DNA of 64,000 nucleotides from Gemmatimonadota bacterium (GTDB lineage: Bacteria; Gemmatimonadota; Gemmatimonadetes; Longimicrobiales; Gaopeijiaceae): assembly GCA_034521595.1 (NCBI GenBank), contig JAXHMG010000003.1:480001-544000 (forward strand), written 5' to 3'. Of the stretch, positions 52,681 through 63,024 are shown piece by piece. Positions within the stretch are counted from its first letter, which is position 1; every line of letters starts with the position of its first letter. Both the position numbers and the translations under genes were made by a program. The notes under the pieces were generated by a model. The model was not told the DNA's origin. It saw only the letters and a list, made by a program, of their open reading frames with translations, and searched no databases.

Positions 52681-55600
52681 CCGTCTTCTCCGGGCTCGTA
52701 GCCGAGGCTGGGCGCGAGCCACTGCTCGGCTTCTTCGACGGTCCAGTCCTTACGGGCCGCGTAGTCCTCGATCTGGTCTCGACCGATGCGCCCGATACCG
52801 AAGTACTTGGAGCTCGGGTGCGAGAAATACCATCCGCTGACCGATGCCGCAGGGTACATGGCAAAGCCGTCGGTGAGCTCGATCCCGACCTTGTTCGTCA
52901 CATCGAGAAGCTCGAAGAGCGTGCGCTTCTCGGTGTGGTCGGGACACGCCGGATAGCCGGGGGCGGGGCGGATGCCCACGTACTCCTCGGCGACGAGTCC
53001 CTCATTGTCCAGATCTTCGTCCGGAGCGTATCCCCAGAGCTCCTGGCGCACCACGGCGTGCATGCGCTCGGCCAGGGCCTCGGCGAGCCGGTCGGCGAGC
53101 GACTTCACCAGGATCGACGCGTAGTCGTCGTTTTCGCTCGCCAGCTTGTCCGCGTACTCCTTGGCACCGAGCCCGGTCGTCACGGCGAAGGCTCCGACCC
53201 AGTCCTCCAGCCCGGTGTCCTCCGGTGCTACGAAGTCGGACAGACAGTAGTTCGCCCTCCCCTTCTTCGCGAATTGCTGCCGGAGGCTATGTAGCGTGGT
53301 GAGCACGTCCTCGCGTCCCTCGTCCTTGAAGACGCGGATGTCGTCACCCACCGCGGAGGCCGGGAAGAGCCCCACTAAGGCGCGGGCTTCCAGGATCTCT
53401 TCCTTCTCGAGGTAATCGAGCATCTCGATCGCGTCGTCGAAGAGCGACTTCGCCTGCGGTCCGACGTCCTCGTCCTCGAAGAGGTCCGGGTACTTCCCCG
53501 GAACCTCCCAGGCCTGGAAGAACGGGGTCCAGTCGATGTAGCGCCGGATCTCCGAGATCGGGATGTCGTTGAACTCGTGGATGCCCGGCTTGTTGGGCGT
53601 GGGCGGGGTGTAGCCGTCCCACTCCGGTTTGTGTGCGCGTCGGCGCGCTTCTCCGATGGGTAGGAGCTTGGTGCGCGCCTGTCGGCCGGCGCGCCGTTCC
53701 CGCTCGGCCTGGTAGTCGGCCGTCACCTCTTCGAGATAGCCTTCCTTCTTGTTGGGATCCAGGAGCTTGCCCACGACGCCGACCGCGCGGGAAGCGTCGA
53801 GCACGTGGACGGTCGGGCCGTCGTAGCCGTCCACGATCTTGATGGCGGTGTGGGCTTTCGACGTGGTCGCGCCACCGATCAGCAGCGGGATGGTGAAGTC
53901 CTCCCGCTGCATCTCCTTGGCGACGTGGACCATCTGGTCCAGGGAGGGCGTGATCAGACCCGAGAGCCCGATGATGTCCACCTCCTCGTCGCGCGCCGTA
54001 TCCAGGATCTTGTCCGACGGCACCATCACGCCCAAGTCGACCGTGTCGTAGCCGTTACACTCGAGCACCACGCCCACGATGTTCTTGCCGATGTCGTGAA
54101 CGTCGCCCTTCACGGTGGCGAGCAGAACCTTCCCCTTCTTCTCCCCTTCCTTCTTCTCCGCCTCGAGGAACGGGAAGAGGTAAGCCACGGCCTTCTTCAT
54201 GACCCGGGCGCTCTTCACGACCTGCGGGAGAAACATCTTCCCTTCGCCGAAGAGGTCGCCCACGACGTTCATGCCGTCCATGAGTGGCCCTTCGATGACG
54301 TCGAGGGCTCCGGGCAAGGCCTGTCTGGCCTCCTCCGCGTCTTCCTCCACGTACTGGTCGATTCCCTTCACGAGCGAGTGCGACAACCGCTCGAAGACGG
54401 GAAGCTCCCGCCAGGCCAGGTCCTCCTCGTCACGCCGCTCTTCGCTTCCGCTCCGTTCCTCCGCGATGCGGGTCAGCACCTCGGTGGCTTCGGGGTCGCG
54501 GTTGAAGAGCACGTCCTCGATCGGTTTTAGCAGATCCTCGGGGATCTCGTCGTAGATCGGGAGGGCGCCCGCGTTCACGATGGCCATGTCGAGACCGGCC
54601 TTGATCGCGTGGTAGAGGAACGCCGCGTGCATGGCCTCGCGGACCTCCGGGCTTCCCCGGAAGGAGAACGAGACGTTGCTCACACCGCCACTGGTGAGCG
54701 CGTGCGGGCACGCTTCCTTGATCCGCTTCAGCGACTCGATGAAGTCGATCGCGTACTCGTTGTGCTCTTCCATCCCCGTCGCGATCGCGAAGATGTTCGC
54801 GTCGAAGATGATGTCTTCGGGCGGGAATCCTTCTTCCTCGACGAGGATGCGGTACGCGCGCGTGCACACCTTCACGCGCCGCTCGATCGTATCGGCCTGG
54901 CCCTCTTCGTCGAAGGCCATGACGACGGCCGCGGCGCCGTATCGGCGCAGGAGCCGGGCCTGCTCCCGGAACTCGTCCTCGCCTTCCTTCATCGAGATGG
55001 AGTTCACCACGCCCTTGCCCTGCAGGGTGCGAAGTCCCTCCTCGATGATGTCCCACTTCGACGAGTCGACCATCACCGGGATCCGCGCGATTTCCGGCTC
55101 GCCCGCGAGCAGGTTGAGGAAATGCTTCATCGCCGCCTGGGAATCGAGCAGCCCTTCGTCCATGTTGACGTCGATGATCTGCGCGCCGCCCTCGACCTGC
55201 TGGCGCGCGACCTCGATGGCCGTCTCGTAGTCCTCGTCCCGGATGAGACGGGCGAAGCGCCGAGAACCGGTCACGTTGGTGCGCTCTCCGATGTTCACGA
55301 AGAGCGAATCGGGTCCGATGTTGAGCGGCTCGAGCCCGGACAACCGGGTGCGTGGGGGCTTCTCTTCGAATTGGCGCGGCTCGACGCCGTCCACCGCGGC
55401 CGCGATGGCGCTGATATGCTCCGGAGTGGTGCCGCAGCAGCCGCCGACGATGTTCAGGAACCCGGCCTCGGCGAAGTCGCGGGTCAGCTCCGCCATGTGC
55501 TCCGGCGTGTCCTCGTAGTCACCGAACTCGTTCGGCAGCCCGGCGTTCGCGTAGAGGCTGACCGGCATCTCGGCTACATCGGAGAGTTCCTCGATGTGCG

Positions 55601-56387
55601 GGCGCAGCTCGTCGATGCCGAGTGCGCAGTTCAGGCCGACGGAGAGGAGTCCGGAAGCCCGTCCCGGGCCGGGCTGCACGCCGTGGGAGACCGAGTTGTA
55701 GAACGCTTCCGGGGTCTGACCCGAGAGCGTCCGTCCGCTCCGGTCCGTGATCGTGCCCGACACCATGACCGGCAGGTCCTTTTCGAGCTCGGCGAGAACC
55801 TCCGAGACTGCGAACAGCGCGGCCTTTGCGTTGAGCGTGTCGAAGACGGTCTCGATGAGGAGCGCGTCCACGCCGCCGCGAATCAGGCCCCGGGTCTGCT
55901 CCGAATACGCCACCACGAGCTCTTCGAAGGTGACATTGCGGGCCGAGGGATCGCCGACGTCCGGTGAGATAGAGGCGGTCCGGTTGGTGGGCCCGATGGC
56001 GCCGAGCACCCACCGCGGCCGGTCCGGGTTCTGCTCCGTGACCGCTTCGGCCGCCCGGCGGGCCACACGTGCGGCCTCTTCGTTCAACTCCTCGGCGATT
56101 TCGCTGAGATCGTAATCCTCGAGCGAGATCCGGTTGGCGTTAAAGGTGTTCGTCTCGATCAGATCGGCGCCTGCTTCCAGGAACGACCGATGGATCTCTT
56201 CGATCACGTCCGGGCGCGTGATGCAGAGTAGATCGTTCGAGCCCATGAGGTCCGCGTCTACGTCGGCGAACCGACTCCCGCGAAAATCATCCTCTTCGAG
56301 TTGGTACCGCTGGATCATCGTGCCCATGGCTCCGTCGAGAACCAGAATCCGACGCTCCAGGTGCTGCTGTATGGTATCGATCTCTAT
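52677..56387 (-). CDS. metH: Cobalamin-dependent methionine synthase
   Basis: [56 protein letters not shown]; exact start unclear. Confidence 0.96.
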   Translation of the reverse strand: MEIDTIQQHLERRILVLDGAMGTMIQRYQLEEDDFRGSRFADVDADLMGSNDLLCITRPDVIEEIHRSFLEAGADLIETNTFNANRISLEDYDLSEIAEELNEEAARVARRAAEAVTEQNPDRPRWVLGAIGPTNRTASISPDVGDPSARNVTFEELVVAYSEQTRGLIRGGVDALLIETVFDTLNAKAALFAVSEVLAELEKDLPVMVSGTITDRSGRTLSGQTPEAFYNSVSHGVQPGPGRASGLLSVGLNCALGIDELRPHIEELSDVAEMPVSLYANAGLPNEFGDYEDTPEHMAELTRDFAEAGFLNIVGGCCGTTPEHISAIAAAVDGVEPRQFEEKPPRTRLSGLEPLNIGPDSLFVNIGERTNVTGSRRFARLIRDEDYETAIEVARQQVEGGAQIIDVNMDEGLLDSQAAMKHFLNLLAGEPEIARIPVMVDSSKWDIIEEGLRTLQGKGVVNSISMKEGEDEFREQARLLRRYGAAAVVMAFDEEGQADTIERRVKVCTRAYRILVEEEGFPPEDIIFDANIFAIATGMEEHNEYAIDFIESLKRIKEACPHALTSGGVSNVSFSFRGSPEVREAMHAAFLYHAIKAGLDMAIVNAGALPIYDEIPEDLLKPIEDVLFNRDPEATEVLTRIAEERSGSEERRDEEDLAWRELPVFERLSHSLVKGIDQYVEEDAEEARQALPGALDVIEGPLMDGMNVVGDLFGEGKMFLPQVVKSARVMKKAVAYLFPFLEAEKKEGEKKGKVLLATVKGDVHDIGKNIVGVVLECNGYDTVDLGVMVPSDKILDTARDEEVDIIGLSGLITPSLDQMVHVAKEMQREDFTIPLLIGGATTSKAHTAIKIVDGYDGPTVHVLDASRAVGVVGKLLDPNKKEGYLEEVTADYQAERERRAGRQARTKLLPIGEARRRAHKPEWDGYTPPTPNKPGIHEFNDIPISEIRRYIDWTPFFQAWEVPGKYPDLFEDEDVGPQAKSLFDDAIEMLDYLEKEEILEARALVGLFPASAVGDDIRVFKDEGREDVLTTLHSLRQQFAKKGRANYCLSDFVAPEDTGLEDWVGAFAVTTGLGAKEYADKLASENDDYASILVKSLADRLAEALAERMHAVVRQELWGYAPDEDLDNEGLVAEEYVGIRPAPGYPACPDHTEKRTLFELLDVTNKVGIELTDGFAMYPAASVSGWYFSHPSSKYFGIGRIGRDQIEDYAARKDWTVEEAEQWLAPSLGYEPGEDG

Positions 56388-56411
56388 GCCTCACTCGTCT
56401 GAATGAAACGT

Positions 56412-56442
56412 AAAAACCCCGTCGCGGGTGTTCGCGAAGGGG
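56412..56442 (-). terminator. Intrinsic terminator in the metH leader
   Basis: Minus strand CCCC-T-TCGCG aacacc CGCGA-C-GGGG followed by TTTTT. Confidence 0.7.
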
Positions 56443-56448
56443 CCGGGC

Positions 56449-56520
56449 GTTTTAGCTCGTTTACGCACGAACCCTGAAGGACTCGCGACGCGGGCCGCAA
56501 TATGCCGCAAATCGCCCCGT
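56449..56520 (-). promoter_or_regulatory. SAM-II-like riboswitch aptamer
   Basis: Minus strand GGGC-GATTTG...TTGCG-GCCC...TAAACGA-GCTAAA matches the SAM-II consensus order; directly upstream of metH. Confidence 0.72.
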
Positions 56521-56590
56521 TTAATTTGTATCCCCCAAAGCTAGCGGACTTCCCGGTGCGATCCAAGAGCGAGGGCTCACCCGGGTTGGT

Positions 56591-59350
56591 TCAGCGACCC
56601 AGCCAGTACGAGAGCTTCACCATGAAGACATCGCGTGGCGCGACACCGAAGAGGTTACCGAGGTCTCGAGACAGATCGAAATCTCCGAGACCCGCGGAGT
56701 CGTCCCGCCCCTGGGACCACACGAGGAAGAGCGTGGAGCCCGGCCGAAACTCCCATCGGAGCACCGCGTTCGATCGGAACCGTCTCACGTTGAAGTCCGG
56801 GTCGTCGAAGGACTCTTCGGTCGCGTCTCGGTCCAGGTCCGCGTAGTACGTGCGCCCGTCGCGGCGGGGGGCCAGCGGCTCGAAGCGGTCCGCGTACCGC
56901 TCGGCCCTTGGATTGGCCACCGTCTTGAAGTCGCCGTAACGGCCGGCGCTCACGAATGGTTGCGCGTAGAGTTGGAGGGAGACGGTCGGCGTGAAGGCGT
57001 AGTCGGCCCGGACGGTCACGCCGATGGTCGTCTGATGGAGGCGACCGAAGAGGTAGTGTGGCGCGTCCGTCTCGATCTTGCCGACCCATTGACGGTCGTC
57101 GACGCGCCGGTTCACGAACGTTCCGAGATTGAACGTCGCTCGGTCGGACGGTCGGATGCGGACGTTCGGCGAGAGGTTGAGCGCCCACGAGTCGCTGGCC
57201 GGGCGGACGTTCCCCGAGCCGTTCACGTTCAGCTGCACGGGCTTGCGCCCGTCCGTTCCGAATCCGCCCCAGAAGTTCGTCTGCGCCTCCCTACGGAACA
57301 TCGGTCCACCGCGCAGCGTGCCGGCATCGAGCGTCTCGAGGTTGCTGTTCACACCGGCCCAGGCGTTCCAGAAATTCTGGAACTGCACGTTGGCGTTGAC
57401 GTTGCCTCCCGTCCCGGTTCCGGCGCCTTCGTAGTTCCAGTTGTTCCACGCGGTGAGGTTGAGGGACCAACGGCGGAAGGGGCCCTGCGGGGCATTGTGG
57501 TGATAGCCGAGCCACCCCCAATGCGTGAGGTAGTCCGCGCTGTTCATGAAGCCGAGATCGTTCACTTCGAACCCGGGCGAGCGGGTCTGAAGCCCCGTGG
57601 CGAAGCGCCAATAACCTCCGGCGACCTTGCTGATGGACAGATCCGCGGCCGCGCCCGTGAGGGTGGTGCGCTCCGGATCGAAGGTGACGTGCTCCGCATC
57701 GGGCCGCTGGAAGTACCGAGCGGGGGAGCGCTGCGTTCGTGCGATCGCGTCCGGCGAGCCGCGGACGTGACTGCCCAGCACGTAACCCGAGAGCTCCCAG
57801 CGCTCGTCCGCGAAGCGGTGTCGGAAGTCCAGTCCACCGCTGTAGGCTTCCGACCGCAGCTTCAGGGCTTCGGCCGTGGCCCCGTCTCGACGGGTTCCGG
57901 TCCCGATCATCCCGATGGCCGAGCGTCCCTCGCGGAAGTCTTTCTGGATCCGTAGGACTCCGTAGTTCGTGAGCGGCTCGACCGGTTCTTCGTACCTCGC
58001 GCCCTGTTCGGGAGCGACACGGGCGCTCTCTTCGGAGGTCAGGGCGTGGAGCGCTCCGATGGACCACCCTCCGGCCGTCTTGCCGGAAAGCTTCCACGCT
58101 CCGTAGATCGACGTCCTGTCGTCCGCTTCGGAGAAAGCGTCGTTCGCCTCCACGCTGCCCTGAGGTGCCCGTCCGATCCGGCGTGAATAGAAGAGAGACT
58201 CGTTGGCACCGTCTCCGTCTCCGATCCCGAGCGAAAAGTTGAAGATGCTGGACCCTTCGACGAAGAACGGTCGCCGTTCGGGAAGAAACGTTTCGAAGGC
58301 CGAGAGATTCACCTGTGCCGGGTCCGCCTCGACCTGACCGAAGTCGGGGTTGAGCGTAACGTCGAGGGTGAGATCCGGGGTGAGGCCGTACTTGAGGTTC
58401 GCACCCACCTGACCCAACGGGTCGTTGGGGCGATGGAACGGATTCTCCGGGTCTCCGGGAGCGCGCTCGAGCCCGCCCAGCGTGTACGGAAGGAGCTCGA
58501 GCCGGCTCGGAGTGTCGAGCTCACGGATCCCACGGAGCTCGCCGAAGCGGGAAACGAGAGCATTCGCCGACCGGGGCGTGGGGGACCAGAGAGCCATTTC
58601 CTGGTTCCGGGCGATTTCCCGGACGAAGTTGATGCCCCAGGTTTGCGTGGACTCGTCGCGGAAGCGGAGCTGAGAGTACGGAATCCGGAATTCCGCGGAC
58701 CACCCGTCGTCGCTCACCTCCGTGGCGACGTCCCAGACCGCGTCCCAGCCCGAATCCTCGGACGTGTCGTCGAAGTGGTAGACGTCGTGCTTCACCCCGA
58801 CCGGGTTGACGCTGAACTGGAAGGCGGTGCGTCGATCGTGGTACGAATCGATCGCGACGCCCAGGAGATCGGAGTGGGAGCGCTGGTCACGCCGCGTGAG
58901 CTGACCCACGATCTCCTCGGGCCGGGGCTCGAAAGCCTTCATGTGAACGTACAGCGACCGGTCACCGTAGAGCACGCGAGCCTCCGTGCGCTGCGACGCG
59001 GGGGCGCCTTCCCGGGGCGCCAGCTGCACGAACTCCGTGGCCACTTCGGCGGATTGCCACGCGGCTTCGTCGGCGCGTCCGTCGATCTCGATCGTCTGAT
59101 CGGTCACCGGTGCCGCCTGCAACGTGCGCAGGGCCGATGGGCTTGCGGTCTCCGCGCCGTCGCCGACGCCGTTGGTCGGTCCGTCCTGGAAGGCCGCCGC
59201 CTCCACGCTCGAACACGCCATCGCGAGCCCCACGACGGTCACCACTCTGCACCGCGTCCACATCATCCTCATCCTCATCCCGTTCGACTCCCTGCTCGAT
59301 TCGTGTGCGGCCGGCGTCCTGGTCGGTCGACGGTCCATGACGGCAGCCAT
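56591..59350 (-). CDS. CBM9-like domain + DUF5916 beta-barrel outer-membrane protein
   Basis: IDGRADEAAW, WSAEFRIPYSQLRF, NPDFGQVEAD, ERRPFFVEG, LFYSRRIG, VKLSYW; start may be ~59278. Confidence 0.85.
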   Translation of the reverse strand: MAAVMDRRPTRTPAAHESSRESNGMRMRMMWTRCRVVTVVGLAMACSSVEAAAFQDGPTNGVGDGAETASPSALRTLQAAPVTDQTIEIDGRADEAAWQSAEVATEFVQLAPREGAPASQRTEARVLYGDRSLYVHMKAFEPRPEEIVGQLTRRDQRSHSDLLGVAIDSYHDRRTAFQFSVNPVGVKHDVYHFDDTSEDSGWDAVWDVATEVSDDGWSAEFRIPYSQLRFRDESTQTWGINFVREIARNQEMALWSPTPRSANALVSRFGELRGIRELDTPSRLELLPYTLGGLERAPGDPENPFHRPNDPLGQVGANLKYGLTPDLTLDVTLNPDFGQVEADPAQVNLSAFETFLPERRPFFVEGSSIFNFSLGIGDGDGANESLFYSRRIGRAPQGSVEANDAFSEADDRTSIYGAWKLSGKTAGGWSIGALHALTSEESARVAPEQGARYEEPVEPLTNYGVLRIQKDFREGRSAIGMIGTGTRRDGATAEALKLRSEAYSGGLDFRHRFADERWELSGYVLGSHVRGSPDAIARTQRSPARYFQRPDAEHVTFDPERTTLTGAAADLSISKVAGGYWRFATGLQTRSPGFEVNDLGFMNSADYLTHWGWLGYHHNAPQGPFRRWSLNLTAWNNWNYEGAGTGTGGNVNANVQFQNFWNAWAGVNSNLETLDAGTLRGGPMFRREAQTNFWGGFGTDGRKPVQLNVNGSGNVRPASDSWALNLSPNVRIRPSDRATFNLGTFVNRRVDDRQWVGKIETDAPHYLFGRLHQTTIGVTVRADYAFTPTVSLQLYAQPFVSAGRYGDFKTVANPRAERYADRFEPLAPRRDGRTYYADLDRDATEESFDDPDFNVRRFRSNAVLRWEFRPGSTLFLVWSQGRDDSAGLGDFDLSRDLGNLFGVAPRDVFMVKLSYWLGR

Positions 59351-59428
59351 TTATTACGACGGTCTCGACGCGACGATGGTTGCGTCGGGACGGACCTCCC
59401 TACGTAGTTTCCCGAGATATGGTTTCCG

Positions 59429-60358
59429 ATGCCGGCGGAGGGTGCCGGCGCCTCGTCGTCCCCGTCCCCGTGCTTCATGTCTCGTTGGCCGCCGCCCCCA
59501 TCCGCCGACACGGCGTTCTACAAGGCCCACGGACTCGGCAACGACTACCTCGTATTCGAGGAAGGGGACGCTTGGACGCTCACGCCGGAGCGTGTGGCCC
59601 GGATCTGCGATCCGCACCGAGGGGTGGGCTCGGACGGCATCGTGGTGCTGCTGCGCGACCGCTCGGGGGGCGTGTACCGGGCCAGGATGTTCAACCCGGA
59701 CGGGTCGGAGTTCGAGCGGAGCGGAAACGGGCTCCGCGTGCTGGCGGGCTATCTGACGCGGGGCGCTCCCGGGCGGGACGAGTTCCCGGTGGAAGTGGGC
59801 GGAAGACGGGTGACGCTCCACGTGCACGGTCGGGAGGCAGCGAGGGTGGACGTGTCCGTGGACATGGGTCGGGCCGAGACCGGGCCGGCCGCCATCGCGA
59901 TGGATCCGGAGGCCCTCGACCGGGAAGGAATCATGGTCGGGCCGGACGGGGACCTGTTGGCGGTCGTGCCCGTCTCCGTCGGCAATCCGCACCTGGTCGT
60001 GTCGTGCGACGAGCTCAGCGAGGAGGGGCTCAGGCGCATCGGCGCGTACCTGGTCGCGCATCCGGCGCTCGAGCACGGGGCCAACGTACAGCTCGCGAGC
60101 CGGGCCGCTCCGGGAGTCGTTCGAGCGCTGGTATGGGAACGTGGCGTGGGACCGACGAGCGCCTCAGGCACGAGCGCGTGCGCGGTGGCCGTGGCCGCTG
60201 TCGTCCGGGGGTGGGAGCCGCCGTCCGAGCTCCGGGTCGAGATGCCCGGAGGGGCGCTCACGGTCGCGGTTTCCGCCGAGCTCGACCTGCGCCTGCGGGG
60301 ACCGGTCGAAGAAGTCTGTACCGGTACCCTGTTGGACCTCATGAAAACGGCCCCGTGA
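59429..60358 (+). CDS. Diaminopimelate-epimerase-like protein with Ser at both catalytic positions
   Basis: KAHGLGNDY, GSDG, FNPDGSEFERSGNG, VGNPH, VWERGVGPTSASGT, MPGG; start uncertain (59477 possible). Confidence 0.85.
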   Translation: MPAEGAGASSSPSPCFMSRWPPPPSADTAFYKAHGLGNDYLVFEEGDAWTLTPERVARICDPHRGVGSDGIVVLLRDRSGGVYRARMFNPDGSEFERSGNGLRVLAGYLTRGAPGRDEFPVEVGGRRVTLHVHGREAARVDVSVDMGRAETGPAAIAMDPEALDREGIMVGPDGDLLAVVPVSVGNPHLVVSCDELSEEGLRRIGAYLVAHPALEHGANVQLASRAAPGVVRALVWERGVGPTSASGTSACAVAVAAVVRGWEPPSELRVEMPGGALTVAVSAELDLRLRGPVEEVCTGTLLDLMKTAP

Positions 60359-60413
60359 AACGCCCTTCAGGAACGGTGAGGGGTGATGCGAGGTCGGGCT
60401 TCTGCCGGGGGCG

Positions 60414-61481
60414 TCAGGTGCGCACGCGGGCCAGCAGCGCGAGCGCGCCGACGAAGAAGAGCACGTTGGGGGTCCACGCGGCGGCCATCGGAGACACGGC
60501 ACCCGCCTCACCGAGCGCTCCCGACACCTTGAAGAGCATCATGTACAGGATCACGATGCCGAGTGAGATGCCGATGCCGAACGCCGTGCCTCCACGGCGG
60601 CTGCTCGTGGCGAGCGGAGCTCCGAAGAGGATGATGACCAGGGTGGCCACGGGGATCGCCAGCTTCTCCTCACGCTTCACGAGAAGCCGGTTCGCGTCTC
60701 CGCCGGATCTCTCGATGATGGACGCGAGGCGCTCGATCTCGGCGTAAGTCATCTCGTCGGGCTCGCGCGGTGATTCCAGGAGCTCTTCGGGACGTTCGGT
60801 GAGGTCGGGCAAGACGATGCGGTCGAACTCGAGCGTGTGCTCTCGCCCGTCCGATCCCAAGCGGCGCACGTACCCTTGCTGGAGGGTCCAGCCAACGTCG
60901 TCCTGCCAGTAAGCGCTCTCGGCCAGCACATGGAGGCCGGGCTCACCCGGCTTCGGCGGCCGCTCGACGATGACGCCGGTCATGCGTCCGGTGGAGGCCG
61001 TGAGGCGTGAGACCTGCCAGGTGAGGCCGCTCTCCGAGCGGTACACGAAGTCCGACCGCCACTGCCGGGTAGGGTTCTCGTTCTGGAGAATCCGTGACGC
61101 CACCCGGTTCGCGCGCGGGACGAGGTCGCCGAGGGCGAGCGCGACGCCGGTCAGGAGCGCGCCCACCACGAACAGGGGGGCGACCACACGGTGGAACGAG
61201 ACGCCGCCGGCCTTCGCGGCGACGATCTCACGGTGGGCCGTCATCGAGTGCACGGTGAACACCGTGGCCACCAACGCGGCGATCGGGAACGACCACTGGA
61301 AGAACAGCGGGAGCTGGAAGACGTAGGCCTGCACCACTTCGAATCCGGTCACGCCTCGGTCGAGGTACCCGTCGACGTTCTCGGTGACGTCTCCGAGGAT
61401 GAAGAGGGGAGGCGCGGCCACCAGCACGAGGAAGAAGAGCTTCAGGAAGGTCCGGGCGACCAGCCGATCCAGAATCCTCAT
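60414..61481 (-). CDS. lptG: LPS export permease LptG
   Basis: MRILDR, EIVAAKAGGVS, AAWTPN; 3+3 TM layout. Confidence 0.85.
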   Translation of the reverse strand: MRILDRLVARTFLKLFFLVLVAAPPLFILGDVTENVDGYLDRGVTGFEVVQAYVFQLPLFFQWSFPIAALVATVFTVHSMTAHREIVAAKAGGVSFHRVVAPLFVVGALLTGVALALGDLVPRANRVASRILQNENPTRQWRSDFVYRSESGLTWQVSRLTASTGRMTGVIVERPPKPGEPGLHVLAESAYWQDDVGWTLQQGYVRRLGSDGREHTLEFDRIVLPDLTERPEELLESPREPDEMTYAEIERLASIIERSGGDANRLLVKREEKLAIPVATLVIILFGAPLATSSRRGGTAFGIGISLGIVILYMMLFKVSGALGEAGAVSPMAAAWTPNVLFFVGALALLARVRT

Positions 61482-62920
61482 GGAGCGTGGGCTCCCGCCT
61501 CCGAGACGCGGTGGCCGCGCAGCCGGTCGATCAGCCGACCGATCTTCCGGGAGAGACGACTGTCGCCACCGCGCACGGTGGTGCCGGCATCGCCCATGTG
61601 CCTTACGAGCCACAGGCCGGCGAGGAGGAACACGACGTTCGTTCCCCACATGGCGATCGCGGGATCGGCGACGCGGCGGTCCGCGAGGCTCTCACCCGCG
61701 ATCAGGCCCACCCAGTAGACCGAGAAGATCAGCGTGGAGGCAGCGACCACCATGCCGACGCCGCCCCGGGGGAAGCGGAGCGCGAGCGGAGGACCGATGA
61801 GGGTGAAGACGATGCAGGCTACGGCGATCGCGAGCTTCTTGTGGATTTCGACCTCGTAACGGTTGATCGCCTGCTGGAGCGCGGACCCTCGCGAAGCCCG
61901 CGACCGGGCTTCCATCACTACCTGCTGGGTCATGCGGTCCTGTGCGAGAATGCCCGCGGTCCTCGGCCGGGCGCCGCCGTCCGCGGCGGTCACGCTGTCC
62001 GTCCCTTCGCCGGCGGGGAGAGCGAGGGCCGTTCGCACGGTTTCGATCGCCTGAGCGCGGCTCACGGCACGCATCGAGTCGACCTCGTGCTGCCGTCGGC
62101 TCACGTTTTCCGCAAGGAGCGCGAAGCCCATCTCCCGATCGGATCGGTCGGAGCCGCCGAGCCGCCGCTCCAGCTCGTTCCCGACATTGCGGAGGGGCAC
62201 GACCTGTCGGTCGAAGTAGACGCGTTGGAAGCCGCCCGCCCGCTCCTCTCGAACCTCGTGCACGACCCCGTCGTACAGGGTGAGAAAGAGGTCGGTGCGG
62301 GCCTCGTTGAACGCCATCTGGCCGCTGGCCGCGTAGGTGGTGCGCTGTCCGCCGCCGTCGTTCCCGTCGAAGATGGCCACGTCTTCCAGCGTGTTCGTTG
62401 CCGGATCGATCCGCGCCGCGGTGAGGAAGTAGCTTTCCGAGCCACCGTCAGTGCGGATCTCGTTGATCACCTGTTCCTCGAGCTCGAGTGTCGGGCTCTT
62501 GCGACCGATGTCGAGCAGCAGGTTCTTTAGCGCATGGTTCGACTCCGGAAGTACCTGATCGTTGAAGTAAAGCATCACCCCGGTGCCCAGGATGCCCATG
62601 ACGAGCAGAGGGCCCAGGATGCGGGTGGGGCGGATGCCTCCGGCCGAGAGCGCCGTGATCTCGTTGGCGGCCGTCATCTCGCTGAACGCGTAGAGGACGG
62701 CGACGAGCACCGACATGGGAAGCGAGAGCGCGATGGTGTGCGGGAGGGAGAGAACCAGGAACTCCAGGATGACCTCGAGTGGAAGCCCTTTGCCCACGAG
62801 GTCGTTGACCCGCTGCGCCACGGCGTTCAGAAAGATCATGCCCGTGATCGTGCACAAGGCGAAGAGGAACGGACCCACGTGAATCCGGACCAGGTATCGG
62901 GTGAGCACGCTCGGGCGCAT
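61478..62920 (-). CDS. lptF: LPS export permease LptF
   Basis: LTRYL..GPF, LPMSVLVAVL, NEITALSAGGI, YEVEIHKK, IGPPL. Confidence 0.85.
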   Translation of the reverse strand: MRPSVLTRYLVRIHVGPFLFALCTITGMIFLNAVAQRVNDLVGKGLPLEVILEFLVLSLPHTIALSLPMSVLVAVLYAFSEMTAANEITALSAGGIRPTRILGPLLVMGILGTGVMLYFNDQVLPESNHALKNLLLDIGRKSPTLELEEQVINEIRTDGGSESYFLTAARIDPATNTLEDVAIFDGNDGGGQRTTYAASGQMAFNEARTDLFLTLYDGVVHEVREERAGGFQRVYFDRQVVPLRNVGNELERRLGGSDRSDREMGFALLAENVSRRQHEVDSMRAVSRAQAIETVRTALALPAGEGTDSVTAADGGARPRTAGILAQDRMTQQVVMEARSRASRGSALQQAINRYEVEIHKKLAIAVACIVFTLIGPPLALRFPRGGVGMVVAASTLIFSVYWVGLIAGESLADRRVADPAIAMWGTNVVFLLAGLWLVRHMGDAGTTVRGGDSRLSRKIGRLIDRLRGHRVSEAGAHAP

Positions 62921-63024
62921 GGTTGCGTCGGGGGATCCCGCTGCGGTGTGTTGGGTGTCGGCCGTGTTGGGTCGGGTCGGTACACCGCCCCGTGCCCGTC
63001 GGTTCAACGCGCCCGTCGATTCGT

